A stretch of DNA of 59,336 bases, counting the filler, from Sluysia triapertura (Eukaryota), in NCBI GenBank assembly GCA_046118255.1. It is 4 parts of 4 records of this genome, joined end to end, with 100 filler letters (N's around TTAATTAATTAA, not from the genome) between each part and the next. Parts side by side here need not be neighbours in the genome. Positions count along the whole stretch, not along the records: positions 35,103 to 47,519 come from JBJNIA010111867.1; positions 47,620 to 59,336 come from JBJNIA010177029.1; 2 more parts are not named here. One strand, 5' to 3'. Positions 40,405 through 53,900 of this stretch are shown here, one piece after another; within the stretch, counting starts at the first letter, position 1, and every line of letters starts with the position of its first letter. The position numbers and the translations under genes were made by a program. The notes beneath the pieces are model-generated. The model made no database searches. It was not told the origin of the DNA and saw nothing but the letters and a program-made list of their open reading frames with translations.

Positions 40405-41318
40405 AACACCACTGTTCATTTGATTATGTAAAAGACGATTTCCAACATATAAATTCAAGCTTCGGCAATCAGTGATGTTTCTGGCAACACAACACATAGG
40501 TTTTGATATATTTTCCGAGCAATTTTCTTGCCTCATAAACAACCTAGTTACCAATTCTTCGATACTATCAAAGGCATCTATACTAATGCTCAATAATTTA
40601 AACGACTCTAAGTGAAACGTAACTCTATCGTGTCCTCTAACTGACATCATGCAACGTCCAAAAGCTTGTTTCATTAAAATACTGGTCTTTTCTTGCAAAA
40701 TCTACTCTTTTAGTCTTTAATTCACGTAAATTCAAATTTAAAATTTTCACTAGTCTTTGTGTTTCATTTTTTAAAGGCAGTACTGCTATCGATATAGGAA
40801 TCTTATTATGATTAATTAATTTAACGTTACGCGATGTTCTTAGTGTTGAATGTGTGGTTACATGTTTCACAATTGTTGTCAAATGTGCAACGTACTTTAC
40901 ACATTTTGCTCGATAACTCTTTGTTTGAAAATTTTGAAAAAATAAAAATGAAAATTCAGTAAGTAATACCCTTTGAGAACATTCATTATGATTTATCTTG
41001 CAAATTAAGTATTTTGCTGCACTTAAGTACATTATTTAATATACAATAAATATAATCAACAATTTTCCAAAACATTCCTTTATCTTGTTGAGAAGAATTT
41101 TCAAAATTACTGATATCTCTGATAATATTTTGAATTCCTCTAGAATCCTTCACTGATTCCATTCTGAGAAATGTTTCATCTCTAACAACGTCATAATCTA
41201 TTCTAAACCTATTTAAAACTCGCATAAGAAAACTCATAATATTTGAAATTAATGTCTCATTAGATTTCATTGTGAAAAATGCATCATCTGAGAAATACTC
41301 CCAATTTAAAGTACACAA
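40405..41318 (-). pseudogene. Disrupted fragment, tentatively APC-like armadillo region
   Basis: Order-preserving weak similarity: RGIQNIIR..MFWKIVDYI (cf. AALHNII..VLHLLEQI), TSILMKQAF (cf. VCVLMKLSF), IEELVTRL..SENISKPMCCVARNIT (cf. MRALVAQL..SEDLQQVIASVLRNLS). Three frameshifted ORFs. Confidence 0.35.
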
Positions 41319-41565
41319 AAAAATATTAAAGTAAAATTAAATTTGATAATTTTTTGAACACTGAAAATTTTGTAAAATTAAGAATAAATTATAATAAAAA
41401 TAATATAAAAAAGAATGCAACAGAAAAATAAAAAGAAAAATAGTACTATATTATAATTAAAATAGGGGAGTAATCACGTATTCTACGACTAGTAGTATCT
41501 GTAAATTATGCTTCGAAAGACTACCATCTAAGTTTGGATCAAACGCATCAGCCAACTTTAAACCT

Positions 41566-42308
41566 ATGATTTCGACTAATGGTGATAGTTCCGTTACAAT
41601 TTCGTCACCATATGCTCCGAACCTAAATAATTACTCATTATCAACAAAACATATTGAGAGATGTCGAGGTGCATATAAAAATAATTTAGACGTAAATAAA
41701 ATGATACACGATTTATTAAAAGATTTATGTGATGATTTGAGAGTCACAACATTTGGCTTTATAATTCTTCAAAATGTGAGTCTACTAATAAGAGCAGATA
41801 GCTGTTCATTAATTTTGATAAAAGAAGATCCGGTAACTCCTCAACCGATGTTTGTTAGTGAATTGTGTGATTTAATCATAGATGATACTTCGAACGAAGT
41901 TGAAAGGCATTGTCATGACAATATTATTCGATTTCCATTTAATCAGCGTATAATGGGTCACGTGGCCCAATTAAAAATAGATAAACCTGTTAAAAATGTA
42001 TATAAAGTTAAACGAACAAATGCAGAAATAGATGAACCTGTTAAATATGTATAAAGAGTTAAACGAACATATGTATAAATGGATAAACCGACTAGTAATA
42101 TGGCAAAGTGTGTTTTGTACATGATTCTAAAAGACAATATTATTATCTTTTACGAATATTACGATTAGCTAATAAAGTTAATCAATTGCAGCATCCATTC
42201 AGTCAAAGAGATGTTGAAGTTTTTCAAAGCTTTCTAAGTCCTAATCGAATTAGTATCAAAAATACAAAAGTTTGTGGTCAATCTAAATTAAAAATTCGAC
42301 GAAATCAG
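41566..42308 (+). pseudogene. cGMP phosphodiesterase (PDE5/6/11-type) GAF-A fragment, disrupted
   Basis: DLLKDLCDDL..ILQNVSLLIRADSCSL..VSELCDL..IRFPFNQRIMGHVAQ..NAEID, then NKVN..FSQRDVEVFQSFL..IKNTKVCGQSKLKIRRNQ. A 51-bp tandem duplication (41980-42081) carries a stop. Confidence 0.85.
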
Positions 42309-43754
42309 TACAGAACAATGTTCGAGCAAATTTCAGCTGGAAGTAGAAATATAGATGTCCGTGACGAAAAAGTATTTCTGTTAAAAATTAATTTTTTAAC
42401 TTCCAATTCATTCACGTTGTTTATTTCAGATAGTCTACCCAGCAGCGAAGCTCATTACATGTGGAAAGACGCAGCAGCAAATTCAACCCATTCGAATGTT
42501 TAAATTTTAGACGTTTGATTTTTGCTATAAATCGTAAAAAAATAAAATTTTTCTCTTTTGTGACTTTTAATAATTTATTTTACTATGTATATAAATGTAA
42601 AATTGAAGTCAAAGTACATTGTAAAGTATTACATGAACAATATAACAGCAACGATAGAACCCCTTACTACTCTACTTTACCAAGTTCTAAATGTGTAGTA
42701 GATAAATCAATAAGTAGATATGGAGCATCGATATCAGGTGTTTTAACGCGCTCCAGATCTTGACAAAATTTTCTAATAGAATTTTCACATAATTTCTCAA
42801 CCACACTTTTACTTTCTTCCGCTCTTACATATTTTACATTTAATAAAATATTCCGATTACGACATTTATCAAACTTTTCATAAATTTTACGATCAACATG
42901 CATTTTCTGATAGTTTGATTCACGTTTTTTCTAGTCATCACGTGTGAAATTATTTTTATATCCTTCATTTTCTTTTTTTGCAAGTGTGGAGAGAAATAAT
43001 AATCGAAGGTTAGAGAAAATTGAGTGAGTTATAATAGAAATTTCATTGTTTTATGAATTCTGTTTGATTTTACGATTGTTTGTGGTTGGATGAGTGTTTT
43101 GTTTCCTTGTTCTACCACATTTGTTTGGCCGTAACATAATCCATTTATAATTTCATAAACATTTATTTATTGATTTAAATTGGTTTGAATTAGATTGTGT
43201 TTGTAATTATTGGTTTTCCATTTCTATTTTAATAAAATCATAGGTTTTTGATATTTTGATGTCATCGTCTAATCTGGGATCTTAACTATTTGCAATTTTT
43301 ATTTTATTGTTTACTTCTTGATGTAAGACAATTTTGAAATATTTCTTATACAGTTCATAAAATATTTTTAAAGATATATTTTATTTTATTTTTGTTACTT
43401 TACTACAAAATTAAATTACCAGTATAAAATTATTCTGGCAACAATAATAATAGCAATTATTATTATATTTAAATGGCGAATATTATTCAAGAAAATATTT
43501 ATATATCCGAAAATTTATCTACTTAGTATACCAATTATTCTAGAGCAGCCCTTATTTAATTTAACAGCTGTTCTCTCAATATTTTCTCATTCTTGTTCTT
43601 TGTTTATTTGCTAATGACTAATACAAACTTTTCTAAACTAAATTGCACGAAGTGGGTTTGGTTTTCAATTACTTATTCTATATATTTTTCTAAAATTTTA
43701 AATTTAATATTTTTTTTATAATATAATGATAATAAAATAATTAAGTACTAATCA

Positions 43755-43777
43755 TTAATTAATTAATTAATTAATTA

Positions 43778-43826
<49 letters not shown>
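43755..43826. repeat. (TTAA)n + (AAT)n microsatellite
   Basis: Direct reading. Confidence 0.9.
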
Positions 43827-44129
43827 TTAGTAATAATTTTATTACTATTAATAAATTTTTTCAATTTGTAATATTTACGTTTTTAATTGTATTTTATTAT
43901 TTAAAATTATTTATTATGTTATTACAATAGTTTTTGCCCTATAATCGATAATTAAATTTGGATTTAATGGATTGATTTTAGTTTTATAATTAAGCAGTTA
44001 ACAAATAAAATGCTCTGATGAAAAATCAATGTTGAAAAAAATTTCTTTTATCCGTGAAATTTTGAGGTGTAATAGAATTATTTCCTTTTTGAAAGATGTA
44101 TTTTTTCGAAAATTACAAAATTTCAGAGT

Positions 44130-44800
44130 AGTGCTGCAGTTTTTCTAATACTTAACCTATGGAAAAATAATTTTGAGCAGGGTCCAGTTACAGTAAACGT
44201 GTTACAACGTATAGGGGGTGTTTCTGTAACTAATAAGTTGAAAGATCACCTAAAAAGTAATGTTTCTACCTAATAAATTAATGGTAGAAGGTCTTATAAT
44301 CGCTCAATAGTATTAATTTATTGATTAAATAACGCGAAAGTATTAATTTTTTTATTCAAAAAACACAAAAACCTTAAATAATTAAAGTACTAGAAAGAGA
44401 TAACAAAAATAATTAATTTAAAGATTAAAGCTCCGTGAGCGTTTAATCTAATGCTAATATAATTTGAGTAAATTTTACCCCTCAATATATCGGGGACTTA
44501 AAAACTTTATAAAATAATATGAAATTTACTGTATTTTATGATTTTAACTTCGAAAGTCAAAATTGCCCTTAAAAAATATATGAATTACCTAAATTAATAT
44601 TGTCCAGAGAATGATCGAGGAATAACTTGAAATTATGACAATTACTAAAATGCACAATTATCTTGGATCATACGTGAAATTGAAAAAATTTGTATTTTCT
44701 AAAATGGCGATTTTCATTGTATTTATACTAGTTTATATACTAGTCATCATCCAATGAAAATCGATGGAATGTTCTAGAAGCTTTTATTCTATTTTTAGAA
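44130..44800 (-). mobile_element. Inverted copy of the region upstream of the Helitron RepHel remnant
   Basis: 44130-44240 is the diverged reverse complement of ~45905-46018 (AACCTAyGGAAAAATAA, GTTACAGTAAACG, CTGTAACTA). 44700-44790 matches ~45415-45500. Confidence 0.65.
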
Positions 44801-45399
44801 GCTAATTTTCTTTTTTGAAAAATTATTTCTTTTTGGAAAATAATTTTCTTTTTCCGGATTAATATATGGTTTTAAGGCGTTTTATATCATTTTGATTAAT
44901 TTCTTGATGGCTTTAAATAGTTTTAAATAATTTTAAAGTGTCATTATGACATTTTTGAATTATTTTGTAAGGTTGAGATGGCAACCTAACATATAATATA
45001 ATATAATAATAATAGTACCAAATATAATAATAATCGTTTTAAAAATCTAGAGCCTTAAAATTAAAAAATAACAACGTGTATTCATGCACGTGAGTAAGAA
45101 AATAAAAGAACTATAAATGCATTTATGAAGTAAAAACACAATTGATTTTAAAGTTTTTGATTGAAAGTAGAAAAGATAATAATAGTTCGATTTTCTTATA
45201 ACTTGATTTAAAGATACTTTTAAAATTGTGAATTTTAAAATCTAAATGACTAATCGCATTAATAAAGATCAAACATGAACAGGAATATGACCAACAAGAA
45301 GAAAACAATCGGAACAACCCTTTAAAATCATTAAATTTCTTAAAAGACAATTATTTTCCAAAAATAAAAAATAAATAAATAATAAAACTTATTACTAAA

Positions 45400-46320
45400 A
45401 ATAAAAAAGAAGTTTCTCGAATGTTGAACATTTTAGAACATTTCTAGCAGCTGATAACTAGTATGTAAACTAACCTCACTTTAAATTTAGACACCATTTG
45501 TAATTGTCTTTGATCTATAAATCAGTATTTATTTTATTTTGGTTAAATCATTCCTACGAGTATCAATTTTCTTTCCAGTATCCAAACAATCCATGCTTAA
45601 GTAAACACTTAAAATATTGATTATATTATTTTAAAACCACGATCTACTGAGAGTAAAATTGTCACACTAAAATTAAAAGCCATTTGGTTAAAGATCCTGA
45701 AAAGATTTTAACTACAAATTAATCATTTAATTTTCTATTAGTTTGCATTTTTAGTTTTGTAAATAAAATATTTATTATTTTAATAAATTTGTCATTTAAC
45801 TGAGTTTTGATTAAAAGGCTAATTAAATTTTTTTCGAATTTTAAAGCCATTGTAAACAGTTTTAAACAGATTAGAAGTGTTTCTTGAATAAATATAGTAT
45901 GATTGTTAGCTAATAGTTACAGGAACGCCAATATCACGTTATAAGTCGTTTACTGTAACCTGACCATAGTCAATTTTTTATTTTTCCGTAGGTTTAGAAT
46001 TAGGAAACCACAGCGCACAATATCGCTTTGAATGAAGCCACTGTCAAAGAATATCATATCTGACTTTAATTCATTTAATTTTGTGAAAGAGAATCCTTTT
46101 GATGGGGAATGTACCTACTGCTGCCACAAAGGTCGTACTTACACCTATGAAACCACTGCTATCCTGATTCTGAAAACTTCATTGGCCTTTGCATCGTTTG
46201 GAGAAGAGGTTAGTCAGGTGTCTGGATATGCCAAGAACTGATATAAAAATTTATCACAGGATAACTGCACTTCATTTTATTCTATCTCTGTTTGGTAAAG
46301 AAGGATGCAAAATAAGAAAT
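45400..46320 (+). mobile_element. Helitron 5' region with RepHel N-terminal remnant
   Basis: NSFNFVKENPFDGECTYCCHKGR, SLAFASFG..VSGY and KIYHRITALH match the RepHel N-terminal CCxxGK, NSxxAFASMG and GQIYHRxGxLxP motifs. A TATA-like TAGTATGTAAACTA lies upstream. Confidence 0.75.
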
Positions 46321-47445
46321 GGCTGCACATTATCTGATTTTCATAGTTATATCTATTCAACAGTAAATTTTCAACACGTGTAAAAATAGAGGAAAATAAT
46401 CTGAACTTCGAGGATTAATGGATCAACAATTGTACGAATCTTACATATTATACATAATAAAATCTCTAAGACTAGATAGAACTTCTGATAATTAAAATTC
46501 TTATCAATTTGTATAAGACCATTTTATGTTGTGATTTTTTTGCTTTTTATACAAGAAACGATAAATTGAGTTATTCTGGAAACGGAAGATCCAGAAATAA
46601 TAAATGTTAAAAATTTAAAATTAAACATGGAACAAAACAATTTGAGAATTTATGTCTTTGTACATATCTATTTAAATTGTAGAACATTATATCTAAATAT
46701 AATTTATTATATTCGTTAAAATAATAAATAATAGAAAATAGTTAGACAAATCAATATGTGCGTTTGCATCAAGTTTAATAATATTGAACAAAATTTACTT
46801 TTTTTAGTTTTTATTTCAGTTTCAATGACATTTTGGGCATACATTTATTTATAAGTATTATAATCAATGTAATATATTAAATGTTACCCAAAAAAACTTC
46901 ATAAAAATTAAATAATTTCTTAATACATTATCCGCAAATACTTTATTTATATATATTTTATAAAAGTGTAATAAAAATAAAACTAAAAGTACAGTTTGAT
47001 TTGTTATATTTGTTATACAAAAATTAAAAATTTATTGTTTAAAAATATGTTTAATTTTATAAATCAATCACTGAATAAAAATTATGAAAAGTAAAAACAT
47101 AAATTATTATTTTTTAAGTAGAAAATAATTACTTTAAATGTTAGGAAAAATTTAGATTAATTAAAATAATTAAATTTTAACCTATTTATTTACCATTTTT
47201 ATATTCAACCAAAATAAGCACATTTTCAGCTACAAACATATTTGTATAAGTTTTTCAGTAAGTATTTATATGACCCTATTGTATTTATTTTCATGCTACA
47301 CTAATTTTTGATTATGATTTATGATTGTTTAGTGGTTTTATCATATTTTTGTTAAATATAGAATAATTTAAATAAAATAAACTTCTCGATAATTCCAGAT
47401 AATTTCACAAAAAAGACACATTTATAAAATCAATTTGTGTTTTAC

Positions 47446-47446
<1 letters not shown>

Positions 47447-47487
<41 letters not shown>

Positions 47488-47619
47488 GTAATAATAATAG
47501 TAATAATAATAATAATAGTNNNNNNNNNNNNNNNNNNNNNNNNNNNNNNNNNNNNNNNNNNNNTTAATTAATTAANNNNNNNNNNNNNNNNNNNNNNNNN
47601 NNNNNNNNNNNNNNNNNNN

Positions 47620-47688
<69 letters not shown>
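47447..47688. repeat. (AAT)n and (ATT)n arrays flanking the artificial linker at 47520-47619
   Basis: Direct reading. The arrays are on opposite strands either side of the gap. Confidence 0.95.
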
Positions 47689-47690
<2 letters not shown>

Positions 47691-49243
47691 ATAAATAAAT
47701 AATTCATTCAATTTGTAAATAATTTCGTTTAATAAATTTTAGTCTTTTATCATTCATTGTGGTTGCCCACATTACCTAGATCTAACACATTTTACTTCTT
47801 AATTATACAGCATCAGCAGATTTTCCTGGAAATTATCATTCTGCAGATTGTACCCTGCTGCCAACTTTTATTTAAAAATAATTGTTACTAACTTGAATAT
47901 TCATTACGAAAATCATTAATTCATAATATCACTTCATTTGACACTTCATTTGTGAATTAATACCCTGCAACTATAATGTTGAATTACGTACTGACCGGAT
48001 TCATAAAATAAAGCATGTGAAATGCAGTCTAAAAAGAGTATTATCAAACAGATTCCAATCAGAATTGTAATTTATAAATATTTTATAAATTCCATTGATT
48101 TTGTATTTAAATTGTAATTAAATGTGACTAATTTTTGTTTACATCATTACTAACCAATCATATATCTTAACATTACTTTATAAACTAAATGGTGTAGTGG
48201 CCAACACTCATAATTTGAAATTCATTAAAGCATTATAACATCTAAATGAATCACATTTCACACTATCGAATTACTTCAACTGAATCATCACAAACAACAT
48301 TCAACATTTATAATATTTCAATAACACACATATCAACAAGTCGTCTAACACTGCAAATCATTCACCTTACTTCATACCTCGAATTAATGCCGAATAATCC
48401 ATAATATTCACCCAAAAGTCATTCTATCAAACCAAACCACAACCATAATACATAATATATAAATCACAAATACATCAACACCATTCAACAACATTAACAA
48501 GTACCTCAAGCATAGAAAACATTTACGTTACAACCTCGAATCAATTACACTAATTCAAACTCATTTCATCTACACATAATCATTATCAACATTTTTCAAC
48601 AACATCACAAATACGCTAAGATTTATTTTGTAATTGTCTTTTAATTAAACAAAATCCAACCTTTCATTAAGCATTTCAAACCATTATATTCAATGCATAA
48701 ATCTTGTTTTCAATTATAAACCTTCAATAAATCTCAATAAATTATTCTAACATTCTTCTTTTCAAACACAACTCAAATCAGTCCTTTTATCTTCATAAAT
48801 AAACATAATAAGGCTTTAAAGAATTCATTATCTTACTATGAAGCAGCGACGACAACTGAAGTAGTGTATACCACATTTCCATCACTCCTTCATGTAACAA
48901 CAATCGTTTTCACTTTTCATTTCACTTTATACATGTAAGAAGTATTAGATTTCTAAAGAAAAGTTCGTGTAATTGTTATTAAGGACAAGATTTATGCGTT
49001 TTATTTCCAATAACAATAATAATAATAACAGTGTTGTTATTATTATTGTTATTATTATTATTGTTATTATTATTATTATCAATTCATTAAAATATTGAAA
49101 TTTTCATCTAATGAAAATCAACCTGGTTGCTACCATCACCAGTGTTGACATTATATGTCACATATTCCATTATCGTGCCACCACTGATGGTCAATCATCA
49201 GTTTTCTCGTCGTTAATTCCATATAATTGAATCCTATACACCA

Positions 49244-49293
49244 CCCAATCAGAGTACATATTACTGAAAATACTTACTAATACTCTGATTGGG
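49244..49293. repeat. Perfect 13-bp inverted repeat containing CCAAT
   Basis: CCCAATCAGAGTA / TACTCTGATTGGG. Confidence 0.9.
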
Positions 49294-49512
49294 CAAGTCA
49301 AAAATAGATTGGTAGTAATAATGGTAGCAAATAAAAATTCTCAATAACAATACAAAAACTGGAGTAATTACAAAGACAATAATTTCAAGAGAGACAAAAG
49401 AAAGAAAAATTATTATTATCACGATTATTATAATAGTATATGTTCACAATCTAAGCTGTTAAAAAACATTGACGAGTCAGCAAATAATACTACGAAAAAT
49501 AACTGAAATACC

Positions 49513-50979
49513 ATGGAGTTTAAAAGATTTTCTGAAACACAAGACAAATATGAAGTGATCCGAAAAAGGACACTTACAAGATTGATTAATCCTATTTTTT
49601 TAGAATCGAACGATTATTCATATTTTAATCATGTACAAAGTTGGAATCTACCTGAGTCACATTTTAAATTATCTAAAGCATTATCCAGCTATCTTGATGA
49701 TAATATCACAATTTGCGAAATTCGAACTCTAAAGATAAATGTCGTTATTTTCATTCTTAGATCAGAATTACGAGAAATGAAAGTAAAATTAGCATGTACA
49801 TTCGATGAAGATAGTTATATAGAATTTAATGCAACAAATGACGAAGTACCTCAATTTTGTAGAAATATAAAGTTTTCAAATGAATCAGTATTTTACAATA
49901 ATGTTCTAGTTTACTTAAGATGTCTAGACGACGGTTTTAATCGAAATGAAACAGCTGATATAGATAGCGATTATGATAAAGAAAACCGGGATCAGCATGA
50001 ATTTAGATATTATTATGAGAGTCTGTCTAATCTTTTACTAGACGTATACCAATCAATTACTAGTACTTATACTATGACCCAATCACTTCATCCGGATTAC
50101 TCATACAGGGTTACAAGTCGAATCGAATATATCATGACACACAAATCAGTATATAAAGTTTTTAATGCTCTGAAATTCCTAGAGAACGATTATCGAAAGT
50201 CTCAAATTCTAACTCATCAATTGATAGTTGCAATTTTATATTCCAATCTTACGAATGAATAGTCAATTCCAGCACAACACTATAATTTTGGCTCCATTAC
50301 AAGCAGATATTAAGATGTTGAGAGACAGGACCAATCCATGTTCAAGCATGATGACGCGTACATTCAACAAAGAAGTCAATTCTACTCATTTAGTCAATCC
50401 CAACAATGGATGTTATATTATATATTTAAATTTAATTAATGGTCTGAAACCAACGATGCAACATCACCACTTTAGCAAATTACTACAATACAAGTCATTA
50501 ATAAAGAAGATCTCGAGTTTTTTATTAAAAACTTTTCCAATGTTAAAACAATTTGCGTGAGTTCTAGTTTTATACATTCATTAACTTTTATTTTAGTTCA
50601 TATAATTATCAAACTGGTCTGTGAAGCCCAACAGAGTGCGGCGTATAACAAAAAACAAGAAGAAGGAGATAAAAAAGACAAAACTTTAAATATAAATTCA
50701 ATATATTTAATTATCAAATATAGGTCAATTAATGTGTTGCTATTAAATTTTCTGATCCATATTTTAAAAAGATTTTTAATCTCACCTAGTAAGACTGCGA
50801 CGATCGCATGTGTATTGACATTGACGGGGGTTAACCTTGGTAAATCTTTTGTTGCCATTGAAGTTAAGTTTATTCAACTCGTGTTCAAACACATTAAGAT
50901 CTGTAGCTCGTCAGTACATGCCAAACTTAAGATTATGCGATACTCGGAAAACAAAAAAAACATATATAGATTTTATTAG
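49513..50979 (+). pseudogene. Diverged Misato-like ORF series (249, 110 and 140 aa, frameshifted)
   Basis: Paralogous to 8304-9800: ESNDYSYFNHVQSWNL, VPQFCRNIKFSNES..LDDGFN, HKSVYKVFNALKFL, SFIHSLTFILV. Confidence 0.65.
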
Positions 50980-53900
50980 AAGTTTGTGCGATCTGCACCT
51001 AAAGTCCAACATTTATGTTCTTTACTAAACTCTCTACGTAATTTTAAAATAAAGAATACCATGCTAATGGTGATACATAAAAATTTAATAGCGTCGCGAA
51101 ATTTAAAAATTAAAAATTTATTGAAACCTTCAAAAAATAAAAAACAACCAAATTGGTGCCAGGAGCATTACTCCCTAAATATGGATTAAATTAACTTTTC
51201 TTATCAATCAAATAGCAGTAACATTAATAATTTCCAATAAATAATAATAATAATATTAAAATATTACTTTATACAATTATTATATCATTGTAATTGTTTA
51301 TATTTGTGTTCAAATGTAATTATTTGAATTTTAAATGTCAAATGATAAATAATTTAGTGTGACTCATATTTATATTGATTATAAAAGAATTATTGAAAAC
51401 ATCGAATGATAATAGGAGAATGTAAAGATGGAAAAACTACGAAATTGAAACAGACAATAATATTTAATGAAATTTGTCAATTATTGAATATTTCAATTAT
51501 AATTTATAATTTTCGTAAACAATTTGTTAGCAGAAATGAATTCAAAATGAATGAACTTATTATTTATGCTAATAAAGAATTAAAACTTTATAATGAATGA
51601 ACAAATCAAATGATAATAAAAAAAAACGAAACAGCAAAACTATTTTAATTATTGTCAATGTTGAATAATGATTAAATCGAATAAAGGAAAGACCGAATGA
51701 ACGAATGGAATATTGATTAAAAAATTAATACGGAAGAAAATATTAATTATGTTGTTAAAAGAAAATATCAAACATTAGAAAACGAACTACACATACATTG
51801 ATATCTAATAATAGAAAAGTGAGAAAGAAACAATAATTTTCAAATAAAAAGTAAATCGTATATAATACCTAATTTAGTAACAAATGAATTCAAAAACAAC
51901 GACGCCTATGATATGATCATATAAAATTAATATTATTATCATTATGTATTGTGATTACTATTATTATCAATAATGCATAAACACTCCAAAAATGTAAAAA
52001 TTATGTTACTATAGTAACTCACACCTTTATATGATTGGTTATTATATTTATAAGACAAAATTGTACTATTAAATAATGGTAATAATAATAATATTTATAA
52101 TAAATAATAATATTTATTATTATTATTATTATTATTACTATACTTTTCAGATTATATAGTTTTATAATAATAATAATTATTATTATTATTACAATTATTA
52201 AAACCAGACGGTTTCATTAACCTTTTCAATCCTACTGGAATATATGTCCCAATAAATTTCAAATAAACATAGAAACAAAGAAACAAAAGTTATTTAATTT
52301 ATACTGTCCCGCGACATTTCCGTAGTTATAGTACTGAGGTATGTTCTTGATAACGTTGCAGGTCTGTACATGCTGGTAATATTTCATGTATGTGTGTGTA
52401 TATTAGTCTGCTTATTATACTAAACATTAGATGCAAAAATTGTTTAGAAGAAATAGTATTGAAAGGGTAAATCTATGAAATATTGACTATTTTTTCAAAC
52501 ATTGAAAAAAAATAATACATGACATATTGATAATAATACATATTTTATTGATAAATTGTACAAGAACACGATTCAGTAAAAAATATTAAAAAATATTCAT
52601 TTTATTTCTATTTTGATTTACTGAATTAAATTTTAAAATGTTATCCAGCTTTCCAATTTACGCTTTTTTTCAGCATTTTACGACGATATCACTTCAGAGT
52701 GTAGATAATATTTTTAAATACTTTTTTCTTTTAAAACAAAGTTATTATTTGTTTGATAATAATAATGATAAAATAATGATAATGATAATAATAAAGATAA
52801 TAAAAATAATAATAATAATGATGACAATTACAATTATAATTAATAATAATAATATATTAATTTATATTGCGTTAATATCTATTCTAAAATAAATCATCTA
52901 TTATACTATTTCTGATATAGAAAAATCTTTGCTTTTTTCTTAAATATTTCGTAATAACACAATACTTTAACATCTCCAGTATTTGATTGTAAATTTTTGA
53001 AACAAAAGATCTATCTTACACTGTTATAATTAATTTAAAGTTTATTATTTTAGTTTTTAAATAATTTTCTTCTTTGTAAACGTTAATGAAGAATCTTTTG
53101 AAAATAAAAAATCATAATTAAAAGAGGATATAAAAATAGTTTCTCATTGGTTTATTCGTTTATTGGTAAATTTTAAGATTATCTTACAAAATTAATAATG
53201 TATTCTATTATTAGTTCTTTTAATTCGTAGGAAATTTCTCCGTCCTCAATGTTTCATGCTAATCAAAGAAAAAGACGTTTAATTAAAATATTTTCTTAGA
53301 ATACCTTTTGGACAAAATAAATGTAAAAATTAAAAAACAGTTTTACCTTTAAGTAATAATCCATATTCAATCGAAATACTAATATAATTCTCCAATTAAA
53401 ATTGAAATTAAAACTATTGATAGAATAGAGTAACCAATTGAATTCTATAACAAGTTTTCTATTATTCGAAATAACAATTATTCGCAACGAAGGTGCAGAA
53501 CTATTTTGATTGGATATTTCTAAATTTATTGATTTTAATCCATTTTTGGATCACTGTTTCAAATTTTTTTTCTTTTAATAACTACAACTTCTAAATAAGG
53601 TATAGCCATTAAAATAAGGAGATTATATCACGTGCTCCATGAAAATATTAAGAATTCTGGCTATTTTGTTTTAAATCATTGTAAACTTCAGATTGAACAT
53701 GTTAAGCGGAACTTTGTTCTTTGTATTTGTGGCTGGTAATGTGTTAATATTGATCTCTTATTCTTGATTAGTAATGTTTGAGTAGCCATGTACAAAAAAT
53801 GTTTTCGAATGACATTTTTAATTTCAAATTCGAATTAAATAGATCAATTTAATTAATAAAATTTTCAAAAATTTAACTACTTATAAATAATCAGTAGAAC

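Larger units (their letters stand above)
48193..51155 (+). repeat. Copy 2 of the duplicated Misato-like module
   Basis: Colinear reverse-complement similarity to 8230-11003. Confidence 0.9.

Noticed and set aside
15324-47619. TTAATTAATTAA embedded in N runs three times as a biological repeat
   Set aside because: Assembly linker with six-frame stops; adjacency across it is unverified.
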